Shown here: positions 52,229-64,000 of the stretch, piece by piece
Position numbering within the stretch: position 1 is the first letter of the stretch
Layout: each line of letters starts with the position of its first letter
Origin: Ginglymostoma cirratum
Taxonomy: Eukaryota
DNA: 64,000 nt
Assembly: GCA_024137785.1 (NCBI GenBank)
Contig: JAHRHZ010000061.1
Coordinates: 1,824,066-1,888,065, forward strand
Reading direction: 5' to 3'
Position numbers and translations under genes: made by a program
Notes under the pieces: model-generated
Told to the model about the DNA's origin: nothing
What the model saw: only the letters and a program-made list of their open reading frames with translations
Databases searched by the model: none

Positions 52229-53744
52229 GAATTCAACATGTCTGCATTTTGTTGGCCAAATTTTAAAAAAATATAACCATTGTACTTGGGTGAGAGATCT
52301 GACCTTTATCGAACTTGATGATTCATTTATCAATTAATCAGACATGCTAGACCCAGATCTTCAAAATTAGTTTCACAAACTTTGAGAGTTGTGACAGAAG
52401 TTGGAAAACCACATTTTTTTCCTCTCAAGGAACTTATTAGCTCAAAGTGTAAGTATTTCAACTGGTGGCTGAATGCCTGTACTCCAGCATGAAAATACTA
52501 CAGAATGAAAAACACCACTAGTTTCTGCAGTGCACCAAACATCACGAGTAGCTAAGGGGATAGAAGCAAGGAAGGAAATATTGAAAATGAGTGGATTTAT
52601 TTGCAGGTCATAACGTTAATATATGACTTACCACCAGAAAAATAAATTAAAAGGCAATAAAAATTGCCAGTGCTGACCACTCTCACAAGGTGGCTCCATC
52701 TGAATTAACAGAGGTTCTTCCAAAGTTATTCGGTGCCTGTTTTCATCTGTTGAATACTTATATGGACTTGTTCTTGGAAGACTTTAGAAGTGATGATCTA
52801 TATCATTAGCTTACTGCTTGTTTGTATTGGATAATGCATTCCCTTTCGTATACAGGGTGGAAGTTGATATATTTCACTAGCGCACAACTGTCACCCATAG
52901 ACTCCAACTCATATGGAGCTTCAATCATTGCAATCTTTCTTACACTAATGTTCATTCACTCAATAGAATGGTCAACTCTCATTGTCTTTTCATTCCTCAG
53001 AATTCATTCAAACTCTTTATCCTCATTTGTACACTCTTTCACAGTTTTGCTCCTCCCAGTTTAACTTCCTCCAGTCCTACTCCACCCTCTGCCCTACTAG
53101 GACTAACAACAGTTTCCCCTCCCTCGACCATTGAGGCGGGATTCGTTGTAACTCTCCTGTTAACCCCACTCCCCTTGTAATATCTGTCCACTTTCTAACA
53201 TCAACACAGAAACCTGCAATGTTAACATCTTTGGCCAAATCCCAGAACTCTCTGCTAACCCTACTTACCACTAAGCTGTAAATATGATACGTTTTGAATA
53301 TTTTTTGCTGTGACAAAAACACTATACACATTTAATCAGGTGTTATTGGGTCTCAATTCCTCCTGTTATAATTTAGATGCTCTTCAATACAGCATTTAAT
53401 CTCATGGCCATTAAAAATTATTTGCTTCTTTCTGTCCTTCCACAGGCAAGCCAACCTATGAATCAAAATGTGGTGCTAAATACAGAGTAATCTGTAAGGT
53501 AGGATGAGCTGGATGAAAAATAACCCTGTTTCCTAACAAGCTGTATGTGAGATACAAAGACTAAAGATTTCTCCTACGGACAAACCACAGATTAGAAATC
53601 ATCTTTCTCCAGCTATTTTTGGGTAGTATTTTGGCGTGTGGGCATGTGAAATACAATGGGATACTGTTCAGTGTACTAACTGGCTTCTGGCATTAACTCT
53701 GGGGCAAGTCGTGGTGCAAATTTAATATTTTGTCAATGGTAGGA

Positions 53745-55170
53745 ACACAGAAACTTAGCAAAAGGAAGCAGGAGTAGGCCATGTGGCTATTCCAGCCTGC
53801 TTCACCTTTAATTAAAATCATCGGTGATCATTCAATCAGGTGCCCTGTTCCAATTTTCTCCCCATACCCTTTGATCCATTGAGCTCTAAGAACTGTATCT
53901 AATTGCTTCTTGAAAACATTCAATATTCTGACCTCAACCGCTTTCTGTGACAGACGAATTCCACAGGTTCACCACTCTCTGTGTGAAGAACTTTTCTCCT
54001 TATCTCAGTCCTAAATGACCTACCTCACATTGTTAAACTCTGACCTATGGTTCTTGACTCCCTAGTCATTGGGAACAGCCTTCCTGCATTCACCCTGTCT
54101 AATCCTGTTAGAATTTTATAGGTTTCTATGAGATCATCCCTCATTCTTCTAAACCAATGTATATGGACCTTATTCGATCCAAGCTTTTTTCATATGTCAG
54201 TCCTGTCATCCCATGAATTAGTCTGGTAAACTTTTTATTGCAGTCCCTCCATAGCCAGAACATCCTTCCTCAGATAAGGAGACCCAAAACTGCATCCAGG
54301 TGTAGACTTATCAAGCCCCTGTACAACTTCAGCAAGTCATCCCTCCTCTCAAAGCCAACATACCATTCGCCTTCTTCACCACCCGCTGCACTTGCATGCT
54401 TACCTTCAGTAACTGGTATACAAAGACACCCAGGTCTCATTTCCCCTTTCCCAAATCCTCACCATTCAGACAATATTCTTCCTTCCTGTATTTGACACAC
54501 TTTTTAAATGATTAATTTCACATAACCAACATTATACTTCATTTGCCATGGATTTGCCCAAGCAGCTTGTCCAAACCATACTGAAGCATTTCTGTATCCT
54601 CTTCATAGTTCACCAGCCCATTCAGCTTTGTGTCATATGCAAACTTGAAGATATTACAGTTAGTTCATTCATCTAAATCATTAATAGATATCGTGAGTAG
54701 CTGGGGCCCAAGCACTGATTCCTGCAGTACCTCACTAGTCACTGGCTGTGAATTGGGAAAAGACCCATTTATTCCTATTCTTTGTTTCCTGTCTGCCAGT
54801 CAGTTCTCTGTCCATGTCACACTATCCCCAATCCCATTTGCTTTAATTTTACATACTAATCCCTTATGTGGGACCTTACTGGAAGTTTGAAAGTCCAAGT
54901 AAAAGAACATCCACTGGCTCCCTCTTATCGATTCCATTAGTTACATCCTTCAAAAACTCCAGTAGTTTTGGCAAACATGATTTCTCTTACGAAGTCCATG
55001 TTCACTCTGTCCAATCCTGTCACTGTTTTTCAAGTGGCCTGCTATTAAATCTTTTATCACGGATCCTATCATTTTTCCCATGATTGATGTCAGGCTAACC
55101 AGTTCTATAATTCCCTGTTTTCTCCCTACCTCCATTTTTAAATAGTGGGGTTACATTATCTACCGTCCAA
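53745..55170 (-). mobile_element. Degenerate CR1 LINE 3' portion
   Basis: LVSLTSIMGK..IGQSEHG RT remnant and a CR1 3' UTR. Confidence 0.75.
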
Positions 55171-57269
55171 TCTAAGGGTGGAAGAGGGGGGAAACATCTA
55201 TATATTTAAGAAGTGATTAAGTCATTACTCAGGTGACCATAGATTCCATGGCTACAGGCTGAGTAGTGAAAAATGGGACAAGAGCAGGTTTGATGACTGG
55301 CATGGATACAATGGGCTGAAGGGCCTCTTTCCATTCTGTAAATCTCTGTGATTCTATCACCCTTGCAACCAGTGTGAAACTGGCTCTGCATATCAGAAAA
55401 CTGAAGTAAGTATGCTACCCACAATTTTCTATCAATCATGTTAATGTGGCTATTTTAACACAATTGTGCCAACGTGGCATTACCATGATTTATCACTAAG
55501 ACCAGCCAGTGGACAAGATTTCTTGGTGCATGCATTTATAAAACTGGCTCGGAAGTATGAACTGGGATAATTATAAATGCCCACTAGGTCCAACAGTCTG
55601 TCACGGTGGCTCAGTTGTTAGTATTGTTGCCTCAGATTTCCAGTGACCCACATTCAATTCTGCCCTCAGTTGATTGTCTATGTGCCGTTTATAAATTCTC
55701 CTGTGTCTGCATGAGTTTCCTCTGGGTGCTCCAGTATCCTCCCACAGTCCAATGATGTGCAGGTTAGGTGGATTGGCCAGGCTAAGTTGCCTGTAGTGTC
55801 CAGGGATGAGTAGGTTATGGGAAATGCAAGATTATGACGAATAAGGTTGGGAGGGGTGGGATGGTTCTGGGTGGGATGCTTTTTGGAGGATCGGTGTGGA
55901 CTCGACATGTCGAATGGCCTGCTTCCACACTGTAGAGATTCTATGATTTGCTCAAACGTCTGAAGAAACTTACTAAAGAAAGCTCACTGCAGGGCTTGCA
56001 CTGTATTCTGCTTTTATCTTGGTAAGGTAAAAGTGAACACAGGGGTCATCAATCATGAACAGATTTAACATTGCTCAGTTACCCAGTTGAAAGGAATGGG
56101 ATTTGAGAGGTGTTAACATATTGTAATATGTTATTTATTTCGCTTTTGCAACAGGACAGGAAGCCTGTGGAAATGTTTTTAACAGACTGCAGCACGACTC
56201 TCTTCTAACAAAGACATTTTATGTCAGTCCGTACTCAGCAAGTCCCAGAACTGTAGCCATAAGTCTAGATATGCTTCTGGAAGGAACCTCAAAGGTGGGA
56301 ATTAGTGAAGCAATGGGGAATCCATTGATGCCCAAAAGAACCACTACCTCTGCTGCAACATGTTTCTGTTACTTGGGGAAACTTTACAGTTAGCGATTAC
56401 TATTAGTACCTACTAAGGTGGTGTAGTAACTGCATTCACTTGAGTTCCACCCATATCACCAGGGGCCAAGTAAATGGAATACGTATATTGATTACAAAGA
56501 GGTGTAACCAAAGCTGACATAAAACTAAATAACAAGCATGGGGCTGGATGGTCTCTGACATAAAACTAACGTTCCCCATATTCCTGCCCACACAGGATGT
56601 TTGTATGTTTGTCATGGTTATCAAAATGAAAATCTTCACACCAGCTCGCTCCTACCCATTAAGTATTGCAACATCCATGTGATGGCTTCAGAAACACAGA
56701 ATGTAAGGTATTCAGAAATATATTTACAAATATTTAATTTAGAACTGTGGCTGTGGTTAATGTACTAGTTTACTCAAGATTTTTTATACATTCATGGCGT
56801 AAGGGTATCACTTGCCAGGCCAACACTTATTCTCTGTTATTCGCTTTGAGCAAGGCTAAGCTGTTAAAAATTAAAACAGAAAGTGCTGGAGAAATTCAGC
56901 AGGTCTCATAGCATCTGGGGAGAGAGAAACACAGTTAATGTTTCAAGTCCAATGACTCTTTTACAGGAACTGTAAAATGTTGCACTTTCTAAAAAAGCTT
57001 AAAACGTTCCACATTAATATTTCACTTTTTTAGATACACTGATGTACTTAAATGTGATGTATCGCATGTAGGTTGATATCTAAAATTATGGGCAAAATCT
57101 TCCTAGCCCCTGAACAATGTGAGCGATGGTAAGTCAGTTGTTAAAAATGTGTTGGGAATAGAAAAGTAAGATTGAGAAAGCAAAGTCCCATTCAAGGTCT
57201 TAATAATGAGATAAGAATCTCACTTAGTGAATGACAAGAGGATGATTTGCAAGCATTGACATTTTAACA

Positions 57270-57341
57270 AGCTTGTTGGTCCAGTGGTATGATTCTCACT
57301 TAGGGTGTGTGAGGTCCTGGGTTCAAATCCCGGACAAGCCC
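57270..57341 (+). pseudogene. tRNA-Pro(AGG)-like sequence, probably a pseudogene
   Basis: 72 nt colinear with vertebrate tRNA-Pro (..TGGTATGATTCTCACTT AGG GTGTGTGAGGTCCTGGGTTCAAATCCCGGACAAGCCC). Mismatches at the first acceptor-stem pair and in the anticodon stem. Confidence 0.75.
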
Positions 57342-58548
57342 TGTTGGACAGCATGGTAGTTCAGTGGTTAGCACTGCTGCCTCATAGCACCAGGGTCCCA
57401 GGTTTGATTCCAGCCTCAAGCAACTGTCTGTGCAGAGCTTGCACATTCTCCCTGTGTCTCTGCACATTTCCTCTGGGTGCTCTGGTTTCATCCCACAGTC
57501 CAAAGATGTGCAAGCTAGGTGGATTGGCCATGCTAAATTGTCTGTAGTGTTCAGGGAAATGTAGGTTAGGTGCATTAGCATTGGGAAATGCAGAGTTATA
57601 GGGAAGGCAGATGGGTCTGGGTGGGATTCTCTTTGGAGGGTCAGTGTGTACTTGTTGGGCTGAGTGGCCTGTTTCCATACTGTAGGGATTCTATTCCATC
57701 ACATCTCGCCTCATTTCTATGCAGTTTGCTATTTTCCAAGGCAGTGGGGTGAAACTAGATGGTGACAATTCCCAACATGAAAGTCTGAGCGGGTAACTGC
57801 AGCTCACCAACCTCTTTCTCAGACCCTCAGCTTGGCCAGCTCTACGCAACACTTCAGTGCATACTTCATGGACAATGACATCCTCCATTCACAGAAGATG
57901 GCAATGGCAAAATGCCAGGCTCATCACATCGTCAGGGTACATTTGAAACTCCCCTTTAAAACATTTCAGCACTTCAAACTGCACTGTGGAGCTGGCAGGC
58001 ACCATCGCCTGCAACAGAACAGGTTGCCTTAGGATTTTGGCTCATTTAGAGTTCGTTCATTTTGTGCCTACTTGGATGATCACAACATTTCTACCCTTGT
58101 CTTTTAACTCAAATAGATTGCCAGGTGGCTTTTCATGTTTGGCAGCAATGAACAGTCAAGAGAGACCATGGTCAGTGAAAGGGCGGGTCCTTTGTCAGTC
58201 AAGAAAGGTGGCGAGGTTTCCTGAGTGAGACATTAGGAAGCACAGAGGGCAGGGAGGGTGTCTGTGGGAGATAGTGTGTGAGAATCAGTGAGAGCTGACT
58301 GCAGTAACAAATGTGGTAGACTGTGAGTCTTGGTGGGAGGTGGGCGCAATGGCAGAGTTAGAATAAGTGTGAGAAAGCAGGGAGAAGATGGTGGCAATTG
58401 CCTTTGTAGAGCGCTGAAGGTCCTTAATCTCCTCCAAACTGTGGACACTACACTGAGACGGCTGGCTACCTAAGACCGGGCTGGAGAGAGTAGAAGGAAA
58501 TCCTTGAGTAGCAGACTCTTTACAGACCTATATAAGGAAATATAAATG

Positions 58549-58726
58549 AGAGTTAATGCTTCGGGTCCAGTGACCCTTACTCAGACCTGTTCTGAGGAAG
58601 TGTCACTGGACGCGAAACGTTAACTCTGAATTTTCCTTCACAGATGCTGCCAGACCTGCTGAGCTTTTCCAGCAACTTTGTTTTTGCTCCTGATTTGCAG
58701 CATCCACAGTTCTTTCGGTTTTTAAA
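58549..58726 (+). mobile_element. Fold-back PLE-terminus insertion (family C)
   Basis: 12-bp TSD gaaatataaatg at 58537-58548 / 58727-58738; short inverted 5' arm. Confidence 0.8.
58589..58624 (+). ncRNA. Minimal hammerhead ribozyme motif
   Basis: gtt-CTGAGGA-a-GTGTC actg GACGC-GAAA-CG-TT-aac. Helix I gtt/aac, 5-bp helix II, GUU site. Confidence 0.7.
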
Positions 58727-61700
58727 GAAATATAAATGTTCCTATCGGATCTTCCTTCTGCTGGACTGATAGTTGTGGGGCAAGTGCTGTTTGTGCCTTG
58801 AGTGGTACTTAACCTAACAAGAGGCCAATTGTTCGTCAAAGATCACAAAGATGCATTTCAAATTGAGCTACTACTTGATTCAGGGAGTGGACTTGCCATC
58901 AAGTTAATCTGAAAAGATGATGCTTACAGTAGTGATGGCAGAAAAGCAGAACTAAGTCATTTCCCACCATTTCCAGACCATTGGTGCTCCATTTCTATAG
59001 TGTAACTCAACCGCAGATGTCTAATTCAGTTATCTAATGGCAATAATGCTCATGATCCTTTCAATCATGGTTCCAGGAATAATTCCAGTACAAATGAATG
59101 GTTACCAGAAGACTCAGCAAAATGTGTGACAAAGAAATTGGATGTAAATGGAGATAAAGTAATGATGGCCACATCTAAGCAATACCTAGGCACCAAACCA
59201 TATTAGAGAAGAGCTAACCATCACATTCCTGGTGAGAAGAAGCAGAAGAGGGAATGAAAAAAGGAGAAGGCAGCTGATCGGCACATATGTCTCTGTGCAT
59301 AAAGTTTTGTGGGTGGTGTAACAGGTTTAACATAGGAAAATTAATGTCACATATGTGGGCAGATCAAACGCTGAACATATTTACACCCTGCAGCAACCGT
59401 TACTAAAGCCAATGAAATAAATAAGTAAGTGGCGAAGGAGTTTTTCAGTGCATCAGTTTCTAAAGGTTTATGTCTTATGCCCTGTGGTGATGGCTAACAC
59501 ACCCAGGTAATCATGGTAGTTCATAATGTAAGAACTGTTTTACAATGTCGCCCTAGCTCAAGTTTTTGATGAAGTCTCTGTTAGAACTAGTATCCAGTTT
59601 CAGTCTCCTCACATGATGAGGGGTATTGAGATTCCCGAAAGGGTGCAGGGGTGAAGCATTAAGTTAAATTTGCAGTTTGAAATTACCTTTATAATGCAAG
59701 TGGCTTCATAGAGCTCACTGTGGGTCGAACTTTCCCATAGTTCAGCCGAGGGTTGTTTTTCTGAAGTTTCGTTGAGGGTTCCTTTCCATTAGGTCTACCA
59801 AGGTTTCTCACGTGATTGTCATTAACTATCCATGGTGCTATTCTCATCTGATGCTAGCCCAATTCTCTCAATTGTGTAGCTGGAAGTACTCTGGGGAAGC
59901 ACTTTGGAGATCTCAGAAATTCCCAGCGTTCCTAGCACTAGTGCTATCTTTGACCGCCAACCAGCTGGTCAATCAGTGGCACAAATCTTTAAGAAGTGGT
60001 ACCAATGAACACAGATCACATGCATGGTGATGGAATGGAACCCTTTCCTATTGTGGAAATCAGCTGCATTGTGAGATTGCCCTCTTAATGTGACATTGCG
60101 TAGTCTATCATGCCCTGCACCTGGGGTTGCCAGCTATGTTGGTAAAGCCCAATTTCCTGGCTTTAGCACTCATCACAGGAATGAGATGAAGCGTGTGATC
60201 TGGCACAAAGATAACAGCCTTGATTCATTTGAGGGTGGATGATTCGGAGATTTCACACAGGTTCCCGTGGCTCCTTGGAAGGAACCAGTCACATAGAGGC
60301 TCATCACAGACGTCACCTTGCTGGTCACCAGGATAGGATGGCCACCCACCATCATGACCCTGCCCAACAGCTGGCACAGTTCAGTTTTGACAGCGTTTCG
60401 GAACATCCTCAGCCTGGGCTGGCACTGCGCTTGGTCAGCCAGAGGAAATGCACTGAGGGCGATAGCCTTCTGAGCCTTCTGTACAACCTGTGCATCCTAA
60501 GGGGACTTCCAGCTGCAGCCTCTTCATGTGGAGGTGGTTCAACCTCCTCTGGACATTGCTGCTGTTTCTGAGCTTGCTGGCACATCTCCTCTTCCATTTC
60601 TCCACACTTGACAGTGCTGATAATTCCTGCTTGACTGAATCTTTCAGTCACATCTACACTGAACTTTTGTGAGGAGTTCCTTAATAATGTGAGCTGCCAG
60701 CATTCACATCATTCTCAAATGACAGCTTTGCGTACAGCTCTGCTTAAAGGGACATGGAATACTCCAACAAGGATGGCCATGGAATAACTCAACATGGAAT
60801 TTTGACAAATGTCCTCTCCTTTCGCTACTGAAGCTCAGTAGCAGCAGTTATATCATCTACAAGATTCACTGCACAGACTCACCAAGACCCCTTCGACAGT
60901 TGGGGGTAGGTAATGATCTAGTGATATTATCGTTGGACTATTAATCCAGAGACCCAGGTTTTGTTCTGGGGACTTGGATTCAAATCCTGCCATGGTGGAT
61001 GGTGGAATTTGCATTCAATAAATATCTGGCATTAAGAGTCTAATGATGACCATGAAACATTGCCGATTGTCAGGAAAAGCCCATCTGGTTCACTCGTGTC
61101 CTTTAGGGAAGGAAATCTGCCACCCTTACCTGGTCTGTCCTATATGTGACTCCAGGCCCACAGTAATGAGGTTGACTCTTAATTGCCCTCTGGGCAATTA
61201 GGGATAGGTAATAAATGCTGGTCCAGCCAGTGATGCCCACATCCCATGAACGAATATAAAAACAAATCTTCCAAATCCATGATGAATATCATCTCGAAGG
61301 ACAAGGGCTGTGGGAACACCACAGACTGCAAGTTCACCTCTAAGCTACTCACCATCCTGACTTGGAAATATATTTCTGTTCTTTCAGTGCTGCTGGGTCA
61401 ATAATACTCTTACTTTTGAAATTGCTTTTTTGATGGTATTGTTTATCACTCCATTTAAAGATGGCTAGTCATAGAGCCGAGTTTTTAAATATGTAGAGAA
61501 CTGATTTTTATGGGCACAGCCCAAAACAACTCTATGGTAGCTGCGTTCAGGTCAAACACATTTGCTAACTGAGGTATTATACAGATTGCAGATCCCTATA
61601 AGCAAATGCAAAGAGACTGACATCTCTTTCAATCAAGATCTTAGGTCACATTTAACTGGCAATCGGATAGCATATGGCAAAGCATGCTGACTGCTAGATG

Positions 61701-61834
61701 ATCTTGCACTGATTTGACATCTGTAAAATGAATTCGACATCATTAAACTTCTAAGCCTATGGCTGTACCAACCACAAGCAGTCCACCTGGAAGTATAATT
61801 ATTCCTGAGATCAAGGCAGATGATATTTCAACTA

Positions 61835-62038
61835 GAGATAAAAGGTACTGCAGATCCTGGAGAATCCGAGATAACAAGGTGTGGAGCGGGATGAACACAG
61901 CAGCCAAGCAGCATCATAGGAGCAGGAGAGCTTGACGTTTCCTAGACCCAAGGGTCTAGGCCCGAAACGTCAAGCTCTCCTGCTCCTATGATGCTGCTTG
62001 GCCTGCTGTGTTCATCCCGCTCCACACCTTGTTATTTC
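61835..62038. mobile_element. Family A near-perfect palindromic insertion
   Basis: 13-bp TSD gatatttcaacta at 61822-61834 / 62039-62051; arms share private variants. Confidence 0.9.
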
Positions 62039-63887
62039 GATATTTCAACTAACCTGTCCCGATAAACTAACAAGCAAGGTGAATTTACGTAGCAACAAAA
62101 GATGAAGTGAATGCTAATGCCTCTACTGATAGATGTTCAACACATCCTAGAAGTCCTATGCCATTACTCTGAAGAAAGGGGAAGTAAACACACAGACCCA
62201 AGCTATAAAGTTATTTCAGTTCTTGAAACCTTGTCAGGTCCAATCTCTTCTGTCAAAGACCTGGCTGTTAATTGTAGTTAGCCTACTCATTATCAAGAGG
62301 CTTTATCTTCAAATGATCCATAATTTATATTAATTCAGTCACTTATTTCAAATGCAAATTGTATAGAGCAAACCAGTTATTATTGAATTACTGTGGCACA
62401 ACTGAATTGCCCTTCTTACATCTCATATTTATTTTGTCACTTAAGTCTATCTTTTAATTTCACGGTATGGTTAGCACTTAGATGTTGGCATTGCTAATTA
62501 TAGTATAAACATTATAAACAAACTGTTAGCACTCTGTTTGTTTCCTGACGGTTCATTAACTTACTCGGTAGCTTGAGTGCATAATAATTGGACTTTGGTC
62601 AAGAAAATGCAAGGTGATTGACAATTTACTGAGACAAATCTAGCATAATTTACTCCGAAGTAGAAACCTGGTGGAAAATCCACATAGTTTCTTGTTAAGA
62701 CATTCAGGTGAAGGCTAAGGAATCTTCTTCTGGTATTATCACTATCAGTTGAGATCCAAAGTTTTTGCAATTTACAGGCAATTGGTAATCACTTAAAGAC
62801 TTAACTGGGAATATTTAAAGGTCAAAGAAAGCAATTAACTGAACATTTTACCTAATTGTGAGAAACTCTGTGTTAATTACTTCCTTGAGCTTCCTGTAAA
62901 GTTTGCAAAGATCACTTCATTTGTTTGGAGAAGCTAAGCGTTAAGCTGCACGTGATTGCCAGATCAAACTCAAACAAGAAAAAACTTGTATTTAAGTAGC
63001 ATTTTTAAGATCCTCCAGATATCCCAGATATTTTGTTTTTGAAATGCTCCAGACAAGCAGAGCAGCTAAAACACATGCAGTAATGGACCATAACAGGAAA
63101 TAAGGTATGCAATCTGTTGATGTGTTTCTGATATTGGTGAAAGGATAAATATTGGCCAAAAACACCTTGCTAATTTTCTGTGGGTAGTGCCATTTGGTTC
63201 TATGTTTACATACATTGCAACAATCCCTCAGTACTGCATTGGCACATTAGCTGACAATTGGCTATTCATGTCAAATTTACAGCCTCCTGCTTCTGAAGTT
63301 ACTTCTGAGCGCATTGACACTATCTCACCATTTTTGCCTACTTTTCGTGAAAATCAGTGTAGATTTATGAGTTTTACACCAGAGTACACCAAACCAGCAT
63401 GCTGTCTTTTATTGCTGGCGATGTTTGTTTCATACAAATTCTTGAATTTGGAGTAACTATGCTCTTCACAACTAAATCTTTGTTTCAAAGTCCTTGCCGT
63501 CCCTACCACTTCTATTTGTGACATCAGCCACTGGCATTCACCAATTTAAATACTTTACAAGTAGCCACTTATTTTGAATTTGTTTATAGCCACAAAGTAT
63601 CATATTATTTATCATTCTTTCCCTCCTATCTAGTTTGATTCATAAACTTGTTAAATTTCTATTCATCAGTTTTTCTGTAACATTGCCAATGCATATTAGA
63701 TTACAGTATCTACAGAATTGATATCATAGACAGCTGCTCCAATATACAGTGTTGATTGAGGAGCCATACTCTTAACAGGACTTGATTCTCTATCCATTTT
63801 TGTTAACAAACAGAAAGTTAGAGGCTGCAGTTTCCCAACCATGTTCTTTATGAACACTGCTCTCCAGTGTGAGCACCTACATGGAAA

Positions 63888-63965
63888 GCTGCTTGACCTG
63901 CTGTGTTCATCCAGCCCCATGCTTTTATCTCAGATTCTCCAGCATCTGCAGTACCTTTTATCTCT
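63888..63965 (+). mobile_element. Family A 3'-terminal fragment
   Basis: 14-bp TSD cacctacatggaaa at 63874-63887 / 63966-63979. Confidence 0.85.
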
Positions 63966-64000
63966 CACCTACATGGAAAATCAGCTTTATATTTCTTTCA

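Larger units (their letters stand above)
57700..60660 (-). mobile_element. PIF/Harbinger DNA transposon relic (HARBI1-type transposase pseudogene ~59600-60650)
   Basis: ELCQLL..KVT..SLYVTGSFQGATG, a GFP-V-G-ID-like stretch, and NRKGFHSI at ~60030-60055 (minus). Heavily disrupted. Confidence 0.75.

Noticed and set aside
52620-52750. Minus-strand segment ending in a gtaagt donor as a coding exon
   Set aside because: No recognisable peptide and no phase-compatible partner exon.
1-64000. CRISPR arrays, operons or rRNA genes
   Set aside because: Eukaryotic intron-containing DNA; no regularly spaced repeat-spacer array or rRNA-like sequence seen.

Overview
Vertebrate genomic DNA, almost certainly from a shark or other cartilaginous fish (HE1-type tRNA SINEs, HER1-like CR1 LINEs, abundant Penelope-like elements). 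Most of the window is transposon-derived, and there is one 400-N gap. Two tandem minus-strand Ig-superfamily genes can be built from GT-AG, phase-compatible exons. (1) A complete non-rearranging receptor gene (45509->26551): leader, a germline-joined VJ-type domain with CD28/CTLA-4/ICOS hallmarks (TDIYFC, PPP loop, extra Cys pair, GxGT), an antigen-receptor/MHC-type C1 domain, a TM exon and an ITIM tail (VVYSLL); about 319 aa. (2) About 21 kb downstream, the 5' part of a B7-family (HHLA2/VTCN1-like) gene: leader, IgV and a 31-nt micro-exon, continuing off the left edge. The window also holds at least four Penelope-like (PLE) repeat families. Their termini carry minimal hammerhead-ribozyme motifs with covarying helix II, and they occur as short TSD-flanked fold-back insertions. 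Other content: a near full-length CR1, Gypsy and Harbinger relics, SINEs and a degenerate tRNA-Pro. All calls were made by eye; repeat boundaries are approximate unless a TSD is given.
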